The notes beneath the pieces are model-generated. The model was not told the origin of the DNA. It searched no databases and worked only from the letters and a program-made list of their open reading frames with translations. A stretch of 64,000 nucleotides of DNA from IMG/VR virus record IMGVR_UViG_3300027804_000046, positions 1 to 64,000 of that record. One strand, written 5' to 3'. This DNA comes from a virus. The stretch's first letter is position 1. Every line of letters begins with the position of its first letter. Below, one piece after another: positions 52,103 to 61,332 of the stretch. A program made the translations under genes and the position numbers.

Positions 52103-54328
52103 ATGGAAGTAACACATAATCATAATGCCAAGTCCCAGCTAGCCAAGTTGCTGGCTACGGAAAACATTACTGTTCAGCATAGTGCTTCGGCCAAGACCGC
52201 GTGGTTTGATGTTGAGAAGCGGGTACTCATGCTTCCCGTCTGGCGCGAAATGTCCAACGACCTGTATGACCTTCTGGTGGTGCATGAAGTCGGTCATGCT
52301 CTTGATACTCCGACTGAGGGCTGGACTGATGCTATCGCTGACATTGCCAAGCGTATCGCTGGTTCTACTTCCAATCGTGCTATTCTGGCCGTCAAGGGCT
52401 TTCTGAACGTGATTGAAGACGCCCGTATTGACAAGCGCCAGAAGCGCCGTTTCCCTGGTGCTCGGCGCAACTATGTCAAGGGCTATGCCGAACTAATCGA
52501 CCGCGATTTCTTTGGTACTAAAACCAAAGACGTAAATTCCATGTCCTTTATTGACCGCTTGAACATTTACTGTAAGGGTGGTTCAATGCTCGGCATCAAG
52601 TTCACTGCCGAAGAAAAGTCCCTCCTCGCTAAGGTTGAAGCCGCTGAAACTTTCGATGAGGTTCTAGCCCTCACGGAAGAAATCTTCCGCTGGTCTAAGG
52701 AAAAGCAAGAAGAGCAGCAGCAGGACATTGAAGACTTCCGTGCAAAGTCCGTTAAAACTGACGGCGATGACGGCGATGATTCCGAGTATGAATACGGCGA
52801 TGATGAAGCCGAAGATGAACAGGAAAATGGTTCGTCTGGCTCATCTTCATATGATGATGAGGCCGAAGATGAGGAAGAAGATGGCGATGACGCCGAAGCT
52901 TCCGAAACTGGCGATGCCGCTGGTGAAAAAGATGATGACGATCCGCTGAATGTTGGTTCTCAGCGTGAAGATGATATTCCTGAGTCCGAGACTGAAAAGG
53001 CTTGGCAGGAACGTCAGAATGACCTTGTAATCAACTCGAACGAAGAATATATCTATGCTAAGATTCCGCGTCCTATCAACTATGATAGTGTCGTGAATGA
53101 TTACAAGATTGTTCTGGCCGATCAGCGTGAATGTATTGTTCGTATTGCAAGTCAAGAATGGCTCAAGGAAATTCGTGCTGAACTTCAAAAGTTCAAGTCG
53201 GACGAGGCCGCAACTCTTTCCTTCATGGTCAAGGAATTTGAAATGCGGAAGTCGGCTGATGAATACGCTCGGACTTCGGTGTCTAAGACTGGTGTGATTG
53301 ATACTAACAAGTTGCATTCATACAAGTATAATGATGACCTGTTCCGTCGTATCACTTCCGTTGCGACTGGTAAGAACCACGGCTTTGTCATGTTCATTGA
53401 CTGGTCTGGTTCGATGGATGTCCACCTTAAGAAGACGGTCAAGCAATTGCTTTCGCTGACCATGTTCTGTAAGCGGGCTCAGATCCCGTTTGAGGTATAC
53501 TCATTCCGTTCTGCAAATTCTTATGATCATGAAGCTGGTCGTATTCCTTCACATAATCGTCTGTTCACGTACAATCAGAATGAGTTGGACTTTGACAACT
53601 TTATTGCTCGGAACCTTTTGTCTTCACGGATGAATGTGGCCGAGTTCAATGACGCAATGTTCCATCTCTATGTCATGGCTTGTGGTGGTCACCTTACGTG
53701 TGACGGGTTGTCTTCCACTCCGCTGAATGAATGTATCGGTACGGCTGATTTGATTGTCAATCGGTTCAAGGCTCGGTCTAAGGTTCAGATTGTCAATACA
53801 ATCTTCCTGACTGACGGCGAGTCCGATCCGATCAGTGACATTCATGGTGTTCCCTCTTACGGTAGAAATCGGAAGTTCATTCTTCAAGATGAAATTACCA
53901 AGAAGAACCATGACATTCGTGGTGACAAGAATAGCTATAGCCGCTATTCTCCTTATACCGACAACAGAGTGATGACAACTCTCTTGCTGCGGATACTCAA
54001 GGAACGTACTGGCTGCAATCTGCTCGGCTTCTATATCTCTTCTTATGGCTTTGAAAGCATGTATCGCCAGTTCTACGGTGAATATGGCGAAACTTATAAG
54101 AAGTGCCAGACCGACTGGAAAACTAACGGATTCTTCGGTGTGACAACTGCTGGATATGATGAATATTATATCCTCAATCCGAAGTCCTTGAATGTGTCTT
54201 CTGGAAATCTTAACGTAAACTCCGATATGACCAAGCGCAAGATTGCTTCGGAATTTATCAAGTTTTCGGAAAAGAAGGCTGTATCTCGCGTTCTACTCAC
54301 TCGGTTTGTCAAGCGAATTGCCGCTTGA
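52103..54328 (+). CDS. HExxH metallopeptidase-like plus vWA (CobT-like) protein
   Basis: LAKLLATENI, HEVGHAL, NVIEDARI, acidic linker, MIDAS DWSGSM, STPL and LTDGE. Confidence 0.8.
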   Translation: MEVTHNHNAKSQLAKLLATENITVQHSASAKTAWFDVEKRVLMLPVWREMSNDLYDLLVVHEVGHALDTPTEGWTDAIADIAKRIAGSTSNRAILAVKGFLNVIEDARIDKRQKRRFPGARRNYVKGYAELIDRDFFGTKTKDVNSMSFIDRLNIYCKGGSMLGIKFTAEEKSLLAKVEAAETFDEVLALTEEIFRWSKEKQEEQQQDIEDFRAKSVKTDGDDGDDSEYEYGDDEAEDEQENGSSGSSSYDDEAEDEEEDGDDAEASETGDAAGEKDDDDPLNVGSQREDDIPESETEKAWQERQNDLVINSNEEYIYAKIPRPINYDSVVNDYKIVLADQRECIVRIASQEWLKEIRAELQKFKSDEAATLSFMVKEFEMRKSADEYARTSVSKTGVIDTNKLHSYKYNDDLFRRITSVATGKNHGFVMFIDWSGSMDVHLKKTVKQLLSLTMFCKRAQIPFEVYSFRSANSYDHEAGRIPSHNRLFTYNQNELDFDNFIARNLLSSRMNVAEFNDAMFHLYVMACGGHLTCDGLSSTPLNECIGTADLIVNRFKARSKVQIVNTIFLTDGESDPISDIHGVPSYGRNRKFILQDEITKKNHDIRGDKNSYSRYSPYTDNRVMTTLLLRILKERTGCNLLGFYISSYGFESMYRQFYGEYGETYKKCQTDWKTNGFFGVTTAGYDEYYILNPKSLNVSSGNLNVNSDMTKRKIASEFIKFSEKKAVSRVLLTRFVKRIAA

Positions 54329-54352
54329 CAAATCATTCCTACCTGCTATAAT
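54325..54352 (+). promoter_or_regulatory. Sigma70-type early promoter
   Basis: TTGACA-N16-TATAAT with an extended TGn. Confidence 0.7.
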
Positions 54353-54392
54353 ATACACATAATCGAAACACACACAAAGGAAAGTTCCTAAT

Positions 54393-55616
54393 ATGGCTAA
54401 GCGCCCCGTTGATAAGACCCCGTTCCTGAATGCTGTTAAGACCGAACTTGGTAATGTTAACACCATTACCCGCGCCGAAGTGTTCGCAATCATGGAAAAG
54501 TACGGTCTTAAGGATCCGCTGTGGTTGACCAAGAATGACGCCGTTCGCGTCGGTCGTGGTGTCTATTCTCTGGATGATGTTGATATGACCAATGCAAAGC
54601 CTGCTGCAAAGATTGCCAAGTCTAAGCCGATCAAGGCTGCTGATATCGCTTCGGCTGTTCCTGTTGCTCAGGTCACGGAAGTGGCTAATCACGCCGACAT
54701 GGCGATGGCTCTTCACGCCTCGTCCGATACCATCTCTCTGGTGCCTGACAAGGCTAAGGGTTATGTCCCGTTCGGTCACTTCCCTGATGTCCGTATGATT
54801 ATCAAGTCTGGTAAGTTCTATCCGACTTACATCACTGGTCTGTCTGGCAACGGTAAGACCATGATGATTGAGCAGATTGCGGCTCAGGAAAAGCGTGAAC
54901 TGGTTCGTGCTAACATCACTAAGGAAACTGACGAGGACGACCTGATCGGCGGCTTCCGTCTCATCGACGGCAAGACTGTCTGGCAGAACGGCCCTGTTAT
55001 CGTGGCCATGGAACGCGGTGCAATCCTGTTGCTTGACGAAGTGGATCTTGGTGACGCCAAGCTTATGTGTCTCCAGCCTGTCCTCGAGGGCAAGCCGATC
55101 TATCTCAAGAAGATCAATCGGGTTGTGACGCCTGCTCCTGGCTTTAACATCCTTGCTACGGCTAACACCAAGGGTAAGGGTTCGGACGATGGTCGCTTCA
55201 TCGGTACCAACGTCATGAACGAAGCCTTCCTTGAGCGTTTCTCCATCACGTTTGAGCAGGAATATCCGCCGCTCAAGACCGAAGCAAAGATCCTGAACAA
55301 TGTTCTCGGTGCCTCTGGCATTGAAGACAAGGACTTTGCAGACAAGCTGGTCAACTGGGCCGACATGATCCGCAAAGCGTTCTATGATGGTGCGGTCTCC
55401 GATATCATCTCCACTCGCCGTCTGGTTCATATCTGCGAAGCCTACGCCATCTTCGGCCGTGACCGTGAGAAGGCAATCAAACTTTGTCTGAACCGCTTTG
55501 ATGTGGACACTAAGGGCGGCTTCTGGGACCTTTACGCCAAGCTGGACGAAACTGTTGCACCGAAGCCGACTGAAACTGTCACGGCTGTCAATCTTGATGA
55601 AGAGGTACCGTTTTAA
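54393..55616 (+). CDS. MoxR/CobS-like AAA+ ATPase
   Basis: GLSGNGKT, DEDDLIGG, LLLDEVD, ATANTKGKG, NEAFLERF and ISTRRL. Confidence 0.9.
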   Translation: MAKRPVDKTPFLNAVKTELGNVNTITRAEVFAIMEKYGLKDPLWLTKNDAVRVGRGVYSLDDVDMTNAKPAAKIAKSKPIKAADIASAVPVAQVTEVANHADMAMALHASSDTISLVPDKAKGYVPFGHFPDVRMIIKSGKFYPTYITGLSGNGKTMMIEQIAAQEKRELVRANITKETDEDDLIGGFRLIDGKTVWQNGPVIVAMERGAILLLDEVDLGDAKLMCLQPVLEGKPIYLKKINRVVTPAPGFNILATANTKGKGSDDGRFIGTNVMNEAFLERFSITFEQEYPPLKTEAKILNNVLGASGIEDKDFADKLVNWADMIRKAFYDGAVSDIISTRRLVHICEAYAIFGRDREKAIKLCLNRFDVDTKGGFWDLYAKLDETVAPKPTETVTAVNLDEEVPF

Positions 55617-55619
55617 TGC

Positions 55620-55648
55620 TTGACAAGGCAGTTAATGCCTGCTACAAT
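55620..55648 (+). promoter_or_regulatory. Sigma70-type early promoter
   Basis: TTGACA-N17-TACAAT; the spacer contains the inverted repeat AGGCA-GTTAA-TGCCT. Confidence 0.7.
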
Positions 55649-55727
55649 AATCGAACAATGGCAAAGAGTCACACATTGTCCGATTATCTTAAACCAAGTG
55701 ACTCATTTTTACTATGGAGTGTATTGA

Positions 55728-55940
55728 ATGTCTCATCTTTCTCGCGTTGCCAAGGTTCTTCGCCGTAACAGCAAGGGCGCTGGTATTACAGCTGGTCGTG
55801 TAGCCCAGCTGGCTGGTCTGTCCAAGGACGCTGTTTACAAGCGCGTCTATGACCTTCGCACCTTGGAAGGCAAGACCATCTACAGCAACTATCGTACTGT
55901 GAATGGTCAGCGCAAGATGTTTTATCGTTTTGCTGCCTAA
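55728..55940 (+). CDS. Small winged-HTH-like DNA/RNA-binding protein
   Basis: GITA..VAQLAGLSKDAVYKRVYDLR...G..IY; GGAG RBS. Confidence 0.6.
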   Translation: MSHLSRVAKVLRRNSKGAGITAGRVAQLAGLSKDAVYKRVYDLRTLEGKTIYSNYRTVNGQRKMFYRFAA

Positions 55941-55955
55941 TCTTTAACGATTCTC

Positions 55956-55997
55956 AGAGGGATGGATACTATATACTAGTGTCCTTCCCTCTTTTTA
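55956..55997 (+). terminator. Rho-independent terminator
   Basis: AGAGGGA.GGATACT...AGTGTCC.TCCCTCT followed by TTTT. Confidence 0.65.
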
Positions 55998-56012
55998 TTA
56001 TGGAGTTTTCTA

Positions 56013-56906
56013 ATGCAGTTACAGGTTAAAGTTGAAGATTTAAGAAAAGCAAAGTTGTTCGTTGCCACGCCAATGTATGGTGGGCAGTGTCACGGAATGT
56101 ATTCAAAGGCTGCATTAGATTTGCAGGGCCTGTGTATGCAATACGGAATTGATATTCGCTTTTCTTTTCTGTTTAATGAATCTCTCATCACACGCGCACG
56201 TAATTATCTTGTAGATGAATTTTTACGTTCCGATTTTACTCATCTACTCTTTCTCGACTCCGACATCTGCTTTGATCCGCAGGATGTTCTAGCCCTCATT
56301 GCACTGGATAAGGATGTAATTGGTGCTCCGTATCCAAAGAAGTCTATCAACTGGCGCAATGTTGCTCTTGCTCTTACCAAGAACCCAACCATGAATGCTG
56401 GAGAATTAGATACACTTACTGGTGACTATGTGTTCAATCCAGTTCCTGGCACAAAATCATTCCGTGTTTCTGAGCCTCTTGAGGTTATGGAAATCGGTAC
56501 TGGTTATATGTTGATCAAGCGTCATGTGTTTGACAAGTTCAAGGAAGCATATCCAAACTTGACATACAAGCCAGATCACGTTGGTCAGGCTCACTTCGAT
56601 GGCTCAAGGTATATTCATGCATACTTTGATACTGTCATTGATCGTGGTGATCCCTTCGATAAGGTCCATCAAATGATGGAAGCCGCAGCGAAAGGCGAAA
56701 ACGTTCAAGAGAAGGCCAAAGAACTTCTCGAAAAGGAAGTCAACTCGTCTCATCGCTATCTGTCAGAAGACTATATGTTCTGTCAGTATTGGCGCAAGAT
56801 AGGCGGCTCAATCTGGTTGTGTCCGTGGATGAGAACTACGCATATGGGAACTTATGCGTTCAATGGTAACATGGTCAAGATTGCGGAACTAACAGGGAAT
56901 CTATAA
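56013..56906 (+). CDS. GT-A (GT2-like) glycosyltransferase-fold protein
   Basis: FVATPMYGG, ESLITRARN, HLLFLDSDI (DxD), GTG.MLIKR and YLSEDY.FC. Confidence 0.65.
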   Translation: MQLQVKVEDLRKAKLFVATPMYGGQCHGMYSKAALDLQGLCMQYGIDIRFSFLFNESLITRARNYLVDEFLRSDFTHLLFLDSDICFDPQDVLALIALDKDVIGAPYPKKSINWRNVALALTKNPTMNAGELDTLTGDYVFNPVPGTKSFRVSEPLEVMEIGTGYMLIKRHVFDKFKEAYPNLTYKPDHVGQAHFDGSRYIHAYFDTVIDRGDPFDKVHQMMEAAAKGENVQEKAKELLEKEVNSSHRYLSEDYMFCQYWRKIGGSIWLCPWMRTTHMGTYAFNGNMVKIAELTGNL

Positions 56907-56907
56907 C

Positions 56908-57567
56908 ATGCTAATTGGTATTGTAGGATTTATCGGCTCAGGTAAAGGCACCGTTGCTGATATTCTTGTGAACAAGCATAACTTTACAAAACTGTCCTTT
57001 GCTGATACAGTAAAGGACGCTACAGCGGCCATCTTCGGATGGCCGCGACATCTTTTAGAAGGTGATACTGATGAGAGCCGAGCATTTCGTGAGGCAACTG
57101 ACGATTGGTGGTCAGAGAAGATGGGCTACAATTTCTCTCCTCGCATGGCTCTTCAGATGATGGGTACCGAGGCTGGTCGTGAAGTATTCCATCCAGATAT
57201 TTGGATTCATTCACTTGAACGTAAGATGGACATGTATCCAAACGTAGTCATTGCTGACGTTCGTTTCCCTAATGAGATTGCATTCATTCAGTCTAAGGGC
57301 GGCTTTGTCATTCGCGTAAAGCGTGGTCCTGATCCTGATTGGTATGATCTTGCTCATGCTGCTAACAATATCAGTTTTGCACATAATCCAGAAGCACAAG
57401 AAGAAATGGAAAAAACTGGTATTCATTATTCAGAATGGGCATGGATTGGTTCTATAATGGATCATGAATTGCACAATACTGGAACTATCTCCTCACTTGA
57501 AGGAGATATTGAACACATGAAAAAGGTCTTTACAGGGCCTCAAAAGCCTGATACAATAGCAGCGTAA
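56908..57567 (+). CDS. Deoxynucleoside monophosphate kinase (gp1-like)
   Basis: GFIGSGKGTVA, SFAD.VKD, PR.ALQ.MGTE, DVRFPNE and H.SE. Confidence 0.9.
   Translation: MLIGIVGFIGSGKGTVADILVNKHNFTKLSFADTVKDATAAIFGWPRHLLEGDTDESRAFREATDDWWSEKMGYNFSPRMALQMMGTEAGREVFHPDIWIHSLERKMDMYPNVVIADVRFPNEIAFIQSKGGFVIRVKRGPDPDWYDLAHAANNISFAHNPEAQEEMEKTGIHYSEWAWIGSIMDHELHNTGTISSLEGDIEHMKKVFTGPQKPDTIAA
57529..57557 (+). promoter_or_regulatory. Sigma70-type promoter for the gp45 operon, inside the kinase 3' end
   Basis: TTTACA-N17-TACAAT. Confidence 0.55.
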
Positions 57568-57593
57568 TCCAAAAACAAATCGGAGTTTATATT

Positions 57594-58247
57594 ATGAAGT
57601 TGAGTGAAAACACCCTGAGTGTATTGAAGAACTTTTCGTCTATCAATTCTGGAATTGTCCTTCAAAAAGGAAATCTACAGAAGACTATCTCTCCCGAAAA
57701 GTCCATTCTGGTCGAAGCGGAAGTTGAAGATGTTCTGCCCGAACAGTTTGGCATCTATGACTTGAACCAGTTTCTTGGTAACATCTCTACACTGAACAAT
57801 CCAGACTTGACGTTTACTGACAACGCGGTTCTCATGAATGATGGTGATATCAAGTTCAACTATTATTCTTGTTCTACCAATCTCATCGTTTCTCCTCCCG
57901 ACAAGGAGTTGAAGTTGAAGCAGGTTGATGTAAGTTTCTCTCTTACAAACGCCATTCTTACCAAGTTGCTGCGTCTGGCTGCAATGAACAATCTCACACA
58001 TCTTTCCGTTGTCGGTAAGAACGGCGAGATTCGTTTGCAGACGCATGAGAAAGCCAACGACACTTCTAATCACGCATCGTTCAAGTTGAATGATTATAAT
58101 GGTGAAGATTTCTCGGCATCGTTCAAGGTTGAAAACATCAAGTTGATTCCTGGTGACTATGATGTGGAAATTCAGCTTGGAGCATTCGCTAAGTTTGTAT
58201 CTAAGTCTGGCAAGATCAAGTATTTCATCGCACTGGAGAGCAAGTAA
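57594..58247 (+). CDS. gp45: DNA polymerase sliding clamp gp45
   Basis: MKLSE.TL.VLKNFSSIN, FGIYDLNQFL, FKVENIKL.PGDY.V and YFIALE. Confidence 0.95.
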   Translation: MKLSENTLSVLKNFSSINSGIVLQKGNLQKTISPEKSILVEAEVEDVLPEQFGIYDLNQFLGNISTLNNPDLTFTDNAVLMNDGDIKFNYYSCSTNLIVSPPDKELKLKQVDVSFSLTNAILTKLLRLAAMNNLTHLSVVGKNGEIRLQTHEKANDTSNHASFKLNDYNGEDFSASFKVENIKLIPGDYDVEIQLGAFAKFVSKSGKIKYFIALESK

Positions 58248-58531
58248 TGGCTGGCATGGGACACAATCAGAACTTTGTTAGTATCAATTCTCTGACGGAA
58301 TCTCAGAAGAAGGAACTCAAGGAAGCAATTCAGCAATTGAATGATAGCATGACGCGAGTTGCTGCTGAGAGAGACTTTCAGAAGGATAGTGTCAACTCCA
58401 TTTCAGACAAGACTGGTGTTGACAAGAAGATCATCCGCCGCATGGCTAAGGTCTACTTCAAGGCTAACTATTCTCAGGAACAGGAAGAGAATAGGAACTT
58501 TGAAGAGTTCTATGATGGAGTCATGAAGTAG
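58247..58531 (+). CDS. dsDNA-binding protein, T4 DsbA/GapR-like
   Basis: GMGHN N-terminus; L..AI....DSM.R...ERD...D......G.DKKIIRRMAK.Y...Y. Confidence 0.6.
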   Translation: MAGMGHNQNFVSINSLTESQKKELKEAIQQLNDSMTRVAAERDFQKDSVNSISDKTGVDKKIIRRMAKVYFKANYSQEQEENRNFEEFYDGVMK

Positions 58532-58779
58532 TGAAAAAGGACGTAACAGTTCAACGCATGGTAGAACTCATGGAGCCTATTGACAGGCAGATCATGATGT
58601 GCGATAATGTTGAAGATGTTCTAATGTTGGCATCTAACATGATGGTAACGTCTAAGAGCATCTTCGTGCAAAATCTTGGCGGTATTGGCGCTAAAGAACT
58701 TCTTCAAAGAATGGTGAATGAAATTGACGAACGAATCCTTCCTGTGGGTAGAGAAGTACCGCCCAACCTCGGTCAGTGA
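58531..58779 (+). CDS. Hypothetical protein
   Basis: RM.ELMEPID.QIMMCD...D.LMLA; GTG start at the upstream stop. Confidence 0.55.
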   Translation: MKKDVTVQRMVELMEPIDRQIMMCDNVEDVLMLASNMMVTSKSIFVQNLGGIGAKELLQRMVNEIDERILPVGREVPPNLGQ

Positions 58780-59665
58780 TTGTATTCTTCCTGATCGGCT
58801 AAAGAAGCCGTTTCAGGAATACGTTGACCGTAAAGAAATACCAAATCTCATGCTCACCGGTTCAGCGGGTGTAGGTAAAACTACAATCGCCAAAGCTATG
58901 TGTGATGAGATTGGCATCAATCATCTTTACATCAATGCTTCCGAAAATCGTGGTATTGATATGTTGCGAACAACCATTCGCAATTATGCTTCCACTGTTT
59001 CACTGACTGGTGGCACTAAGGTAATCATTCTAGACGAGGCCGACTATCTTACACCAGAAGCACAGGCCGCGATGCGTGGTGCAATTGAAGAGTTTGCTGC
59101 TAACTGTACATTCATCTTCACTTGCAACTTCAAGGCTCGTTTGATTGACGCTCTACATTCTCGCTGTTCTGTAATTGATTTCGCTCTCAAGGCTGATGAA
59201 AAGCCGAAGATGGCAATGCAATTGATGAAGCGAATGGAGAACATTCTTACCGAAGAAAGTGTCAAGTATGACAAGGCAGTCCTTGCAAAAATCATTGAAA
59301 AGTATTTTCCTGATTATCGCCGTACTCTTAATGAGTTGCAGCGTTTCAGCAGCAGTGGCAACTTGGATGCTGGTATTGTATCTCAACTTTCTGACGTAAG
59401 AAAGATTGTCGATCTAGTAAACTCTCTGAAAGAAAAGAACTTTGGAGAAATGCGTAAGTGGTGTGTAGCCAATTCTGATATTGAGCCTGCACGTATCTAT
59501 CGCAAGATTTATGATGGTCTGTATGAGTACATGAAGCCGCATAGTATTCCACAAGCAGTTGTGACTATCGGCAAGTATCAGTATCAGGCAGCATTTGTGG
59601 CAGATCAAGAGATTAATTTGGTTGCTTGTCTAACGGAACTTATGGTGGAATGTGAATATGTCTAA
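58718..59665 (+). CDS. gp44: Clamp loader large subunit gp44
   Basis: LWVEKYRP, GSAGVGKTT, IILDEAD, LHSRC, FPDYRR.LNELQ and DQEIN..AC. Confidence 0.97.
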   Translation: MKLTNESFLWVEKYRPTSVSDCILPDRLKKPFQEYVDRKEIPNLMLTGSAGVGKTTIAKAMCDEIGINHLYINASENRGIDMLRTTIRNYASTVSLTGGTKVIILDEADYLTPEAQAAMRGAIEEFAANCTFIFTCNFKARLIDALHSRCSVIDFALKADEKPKMAMQLMKRMENILTEESVKYDKAVLAKIIEKYFPDYRRTLNELQRFSSSGNLDAGIVSQLSDVRKIVDLVNSLKEKNFGEMRKWCVANSDIEPARIYRKIYDGLYEYMKPHSIPQAVVTIGKYQYQAAFVADQEINLVACLTELMVECEYV

Positions 59666-60320
59666 GTCTGATAATCTGAGAAAAACTCAGGAACAGTTTG
59701 GTGGCGGAAGATCAATGTTTAATCCTGCTGCAAAACAGCACGAAGTAAATGTTTTAGATACAGCGTATGAAGTTCTTTGTGAATTAAACAGGAAATACAA
59801 AGATTGCTTCATTCTTGAGAAAAAGTTATCAAAAAGAGAAATTGCACTATCTCTCGGCCATAAAACTTATCGAAGTCACGGAAAAAATTCTTTTGTGAAA
59901 CCTGACGGCGGCATCATTTACTACGTAAAAGGTAATAAGAAGTATCCTGTTTTGATTACCGAAGCAAAGAAACAGGGCACGAATGATATACGTGCCACTG
60001 AAGGTAAAGCGAAGCAAGGCAAAGGTAATGCCATTGAAAGAGCATATAAGAATCATAAAGAGTTAGAATTGTACTGTAAAAACTTGCCTGTTTTTCCTTA
60101 TGTTATTTTTGCATATGGTTGTGACTTTGAAGATGGCTCTTCTATCAATGATAGACTTGATGCTATGACCGAATATCTTCCGAGAAATAAAATCTATACA
60201 GGAACCAAAAATAGAATCGTCAATCTTTTTGTTAGACCGAACCCATTTACAAAAAATGAAATGTATGATATCATGTTAGAGGTTGCCCAAAAATCTATTA
60301 GGGAGTTAAAAAACGTATGA
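59658..60320 (+). CDS. EcoRI-family type II restriction endonuclease
   Basis: KPDGG...ITEAKKQG (PD..ExK), GNAIERAYKN, FPYVIF..G.DF and NDRLD, colinear with EcoRI KPDGG/EAKHQG/GNAIERSHKN/FPYVLF/NRLDR. Start at 59652 or 59658. Confidence 0.8.
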   Translation: MSKSDNLRKTQEQFGGGRSMFNPAAKQHEVNVLDTAYEVLCELNRKYKDCFILEKKLSKREIALSLGHKTYRSHGKNSFVKPDGGIIYYVKGNKKYPVLITEAKKQGTNDIRATEGKAKQGKGNAIERAYKNHKELELYCKNLPVFPYVIFAYGCDFEDGSSINDRLDAMTEYLPRNKIYTGTKNRIVNLFVRPNPFTKNEMYDIMLEVAQKSIRELKNV

Positions 60321-60907
60321 CAAAAAATAAAGGAAAAAACTTTAGCGCGAACAATACTGGAAAACGCAAAAAGTCCGATTTCTATGAAACGCCATATTCC
60401 TTAACAAGACATTTATTGAACGTTGAAGACTTTGATTCTGACAAGATTGTATGTGAGCCCGCTTGCGGCGATGGCGCAATAGTACGGGTTCTAGAAGATA
60501 AATGGCCGTCAAATAGAGTGATAGCTTATGATGCTGATATAGATTTTCTAAAAGATACCAGACAATACGACTACATCATCACAAATCCTCCTTTCTCTCT
60601 AGCTTTTGAATTTGTACAACAGTCAAAAAAACTTGCAAAGAGTAAGTTTGCTCTTCTTCTACCTTTATCATACTTACACGGTAAGAAAAGATATGACAAT
60701 ATATATACAGATAAGCGTTATCCTTTAAAAAAGATATATGTGTTCACACGATATCCAATGTTGGGAGAAAAATTGAGAGAAGATGGCAAGTATAATACCG
60801 GAATGATGGTATATGCTTGGTACATCTTCGAAAAAGAATATAATGGTAGTCCAATTATAGACTGGATTGATAACAACATGGATGTTCTTTCCAAAAAGGA
60901 TATATGA
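60317..60907 (+). CDS. Amino (probably N6-adenine) DNA methyltransferase
   Basis: DFYETP (motif X), EPACGDG (motif I, SAM binding), ITNPPF (motif IV) and ALLLP. Confidence 0.85.
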   Translation: MTKNKGKNFSANNTGKRKKSDFYETPYSLTRHLLNVEDFDSDKIVCEPACGDGAIVRVLEDKWPSNRVIAYDADIDFLKDTRQYDYIITNPPFSLAFEFVQQSKKLAKSKFALLLPLSYLHGKKRYDNIYTDKRYPLKKIYVFTRYPMLGEKLREDGKYNTGMMVYAWYIFEKEYNGSPIIDWIDNNMDVLSKKDI

Positions 60908-61332
60908 TGGCCGATCTTTTCAAAGATATCATACCTTCTATTCAGCAGACCAAGAAGATAGTTATAACACCAGAAAACGAGCGGGACTATGTCCCGTTCG
61001 TCGTTAACCGTTCTATATCCTTTCATCTGGATATGGTGATGCCTGCTAACCAGATGAATCTCCAACCCTCGACCGATAGTCTTCTACAATACCACTATTT
61101 GCTAAATACTGTAAGGGCGTATAAGCGTCCTTTTCAAAAATGGCAAAAGCGTGAGATTATAGAGAATTTGGAGGCGGTTAAAGAGTATTTTGGCTACTCA
61201 AATGAGAAGGCCAAAGAAGCCCTTACCATCTTGTCTAACGCGCAAATCGAAGAGATTAAAAAGAGTTTAAATAAAGGTGGTTTGAATGTTAGACATAAAA
61301 GAACTAGTGGAGGTAACGCTACCAAATCCTGA
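60904..61332 (+). CDS. gp62: Clamp loader small subunit gp62
   Basis: YVPFVVNRS.S, AN.MN, QY.YL.N.VR, VKEYFGYSNEKAKEAL.IL and KGG. Confidence 0.92.
   Translation: MMADLFKDIIPSIQQTKKIVITPENERDYVPFVVNRSISFHLDMVMPANQMNLQPSTDSLLQYHYLLNTVRAYKRPFQKWQKREIIENLEAVKEYFGYSNEKAKEALTILSNAQIEEIKKSLNKGGLNVRHKRTSGGNATKS

Noticed and set aside
54339-55430. 363-aa minus-strand ORF opposite the MoxR ATPase
   Set aside because: Shadow ORF expected from the codon bias of a well-conserved + strand gene; no recognisable motifs.
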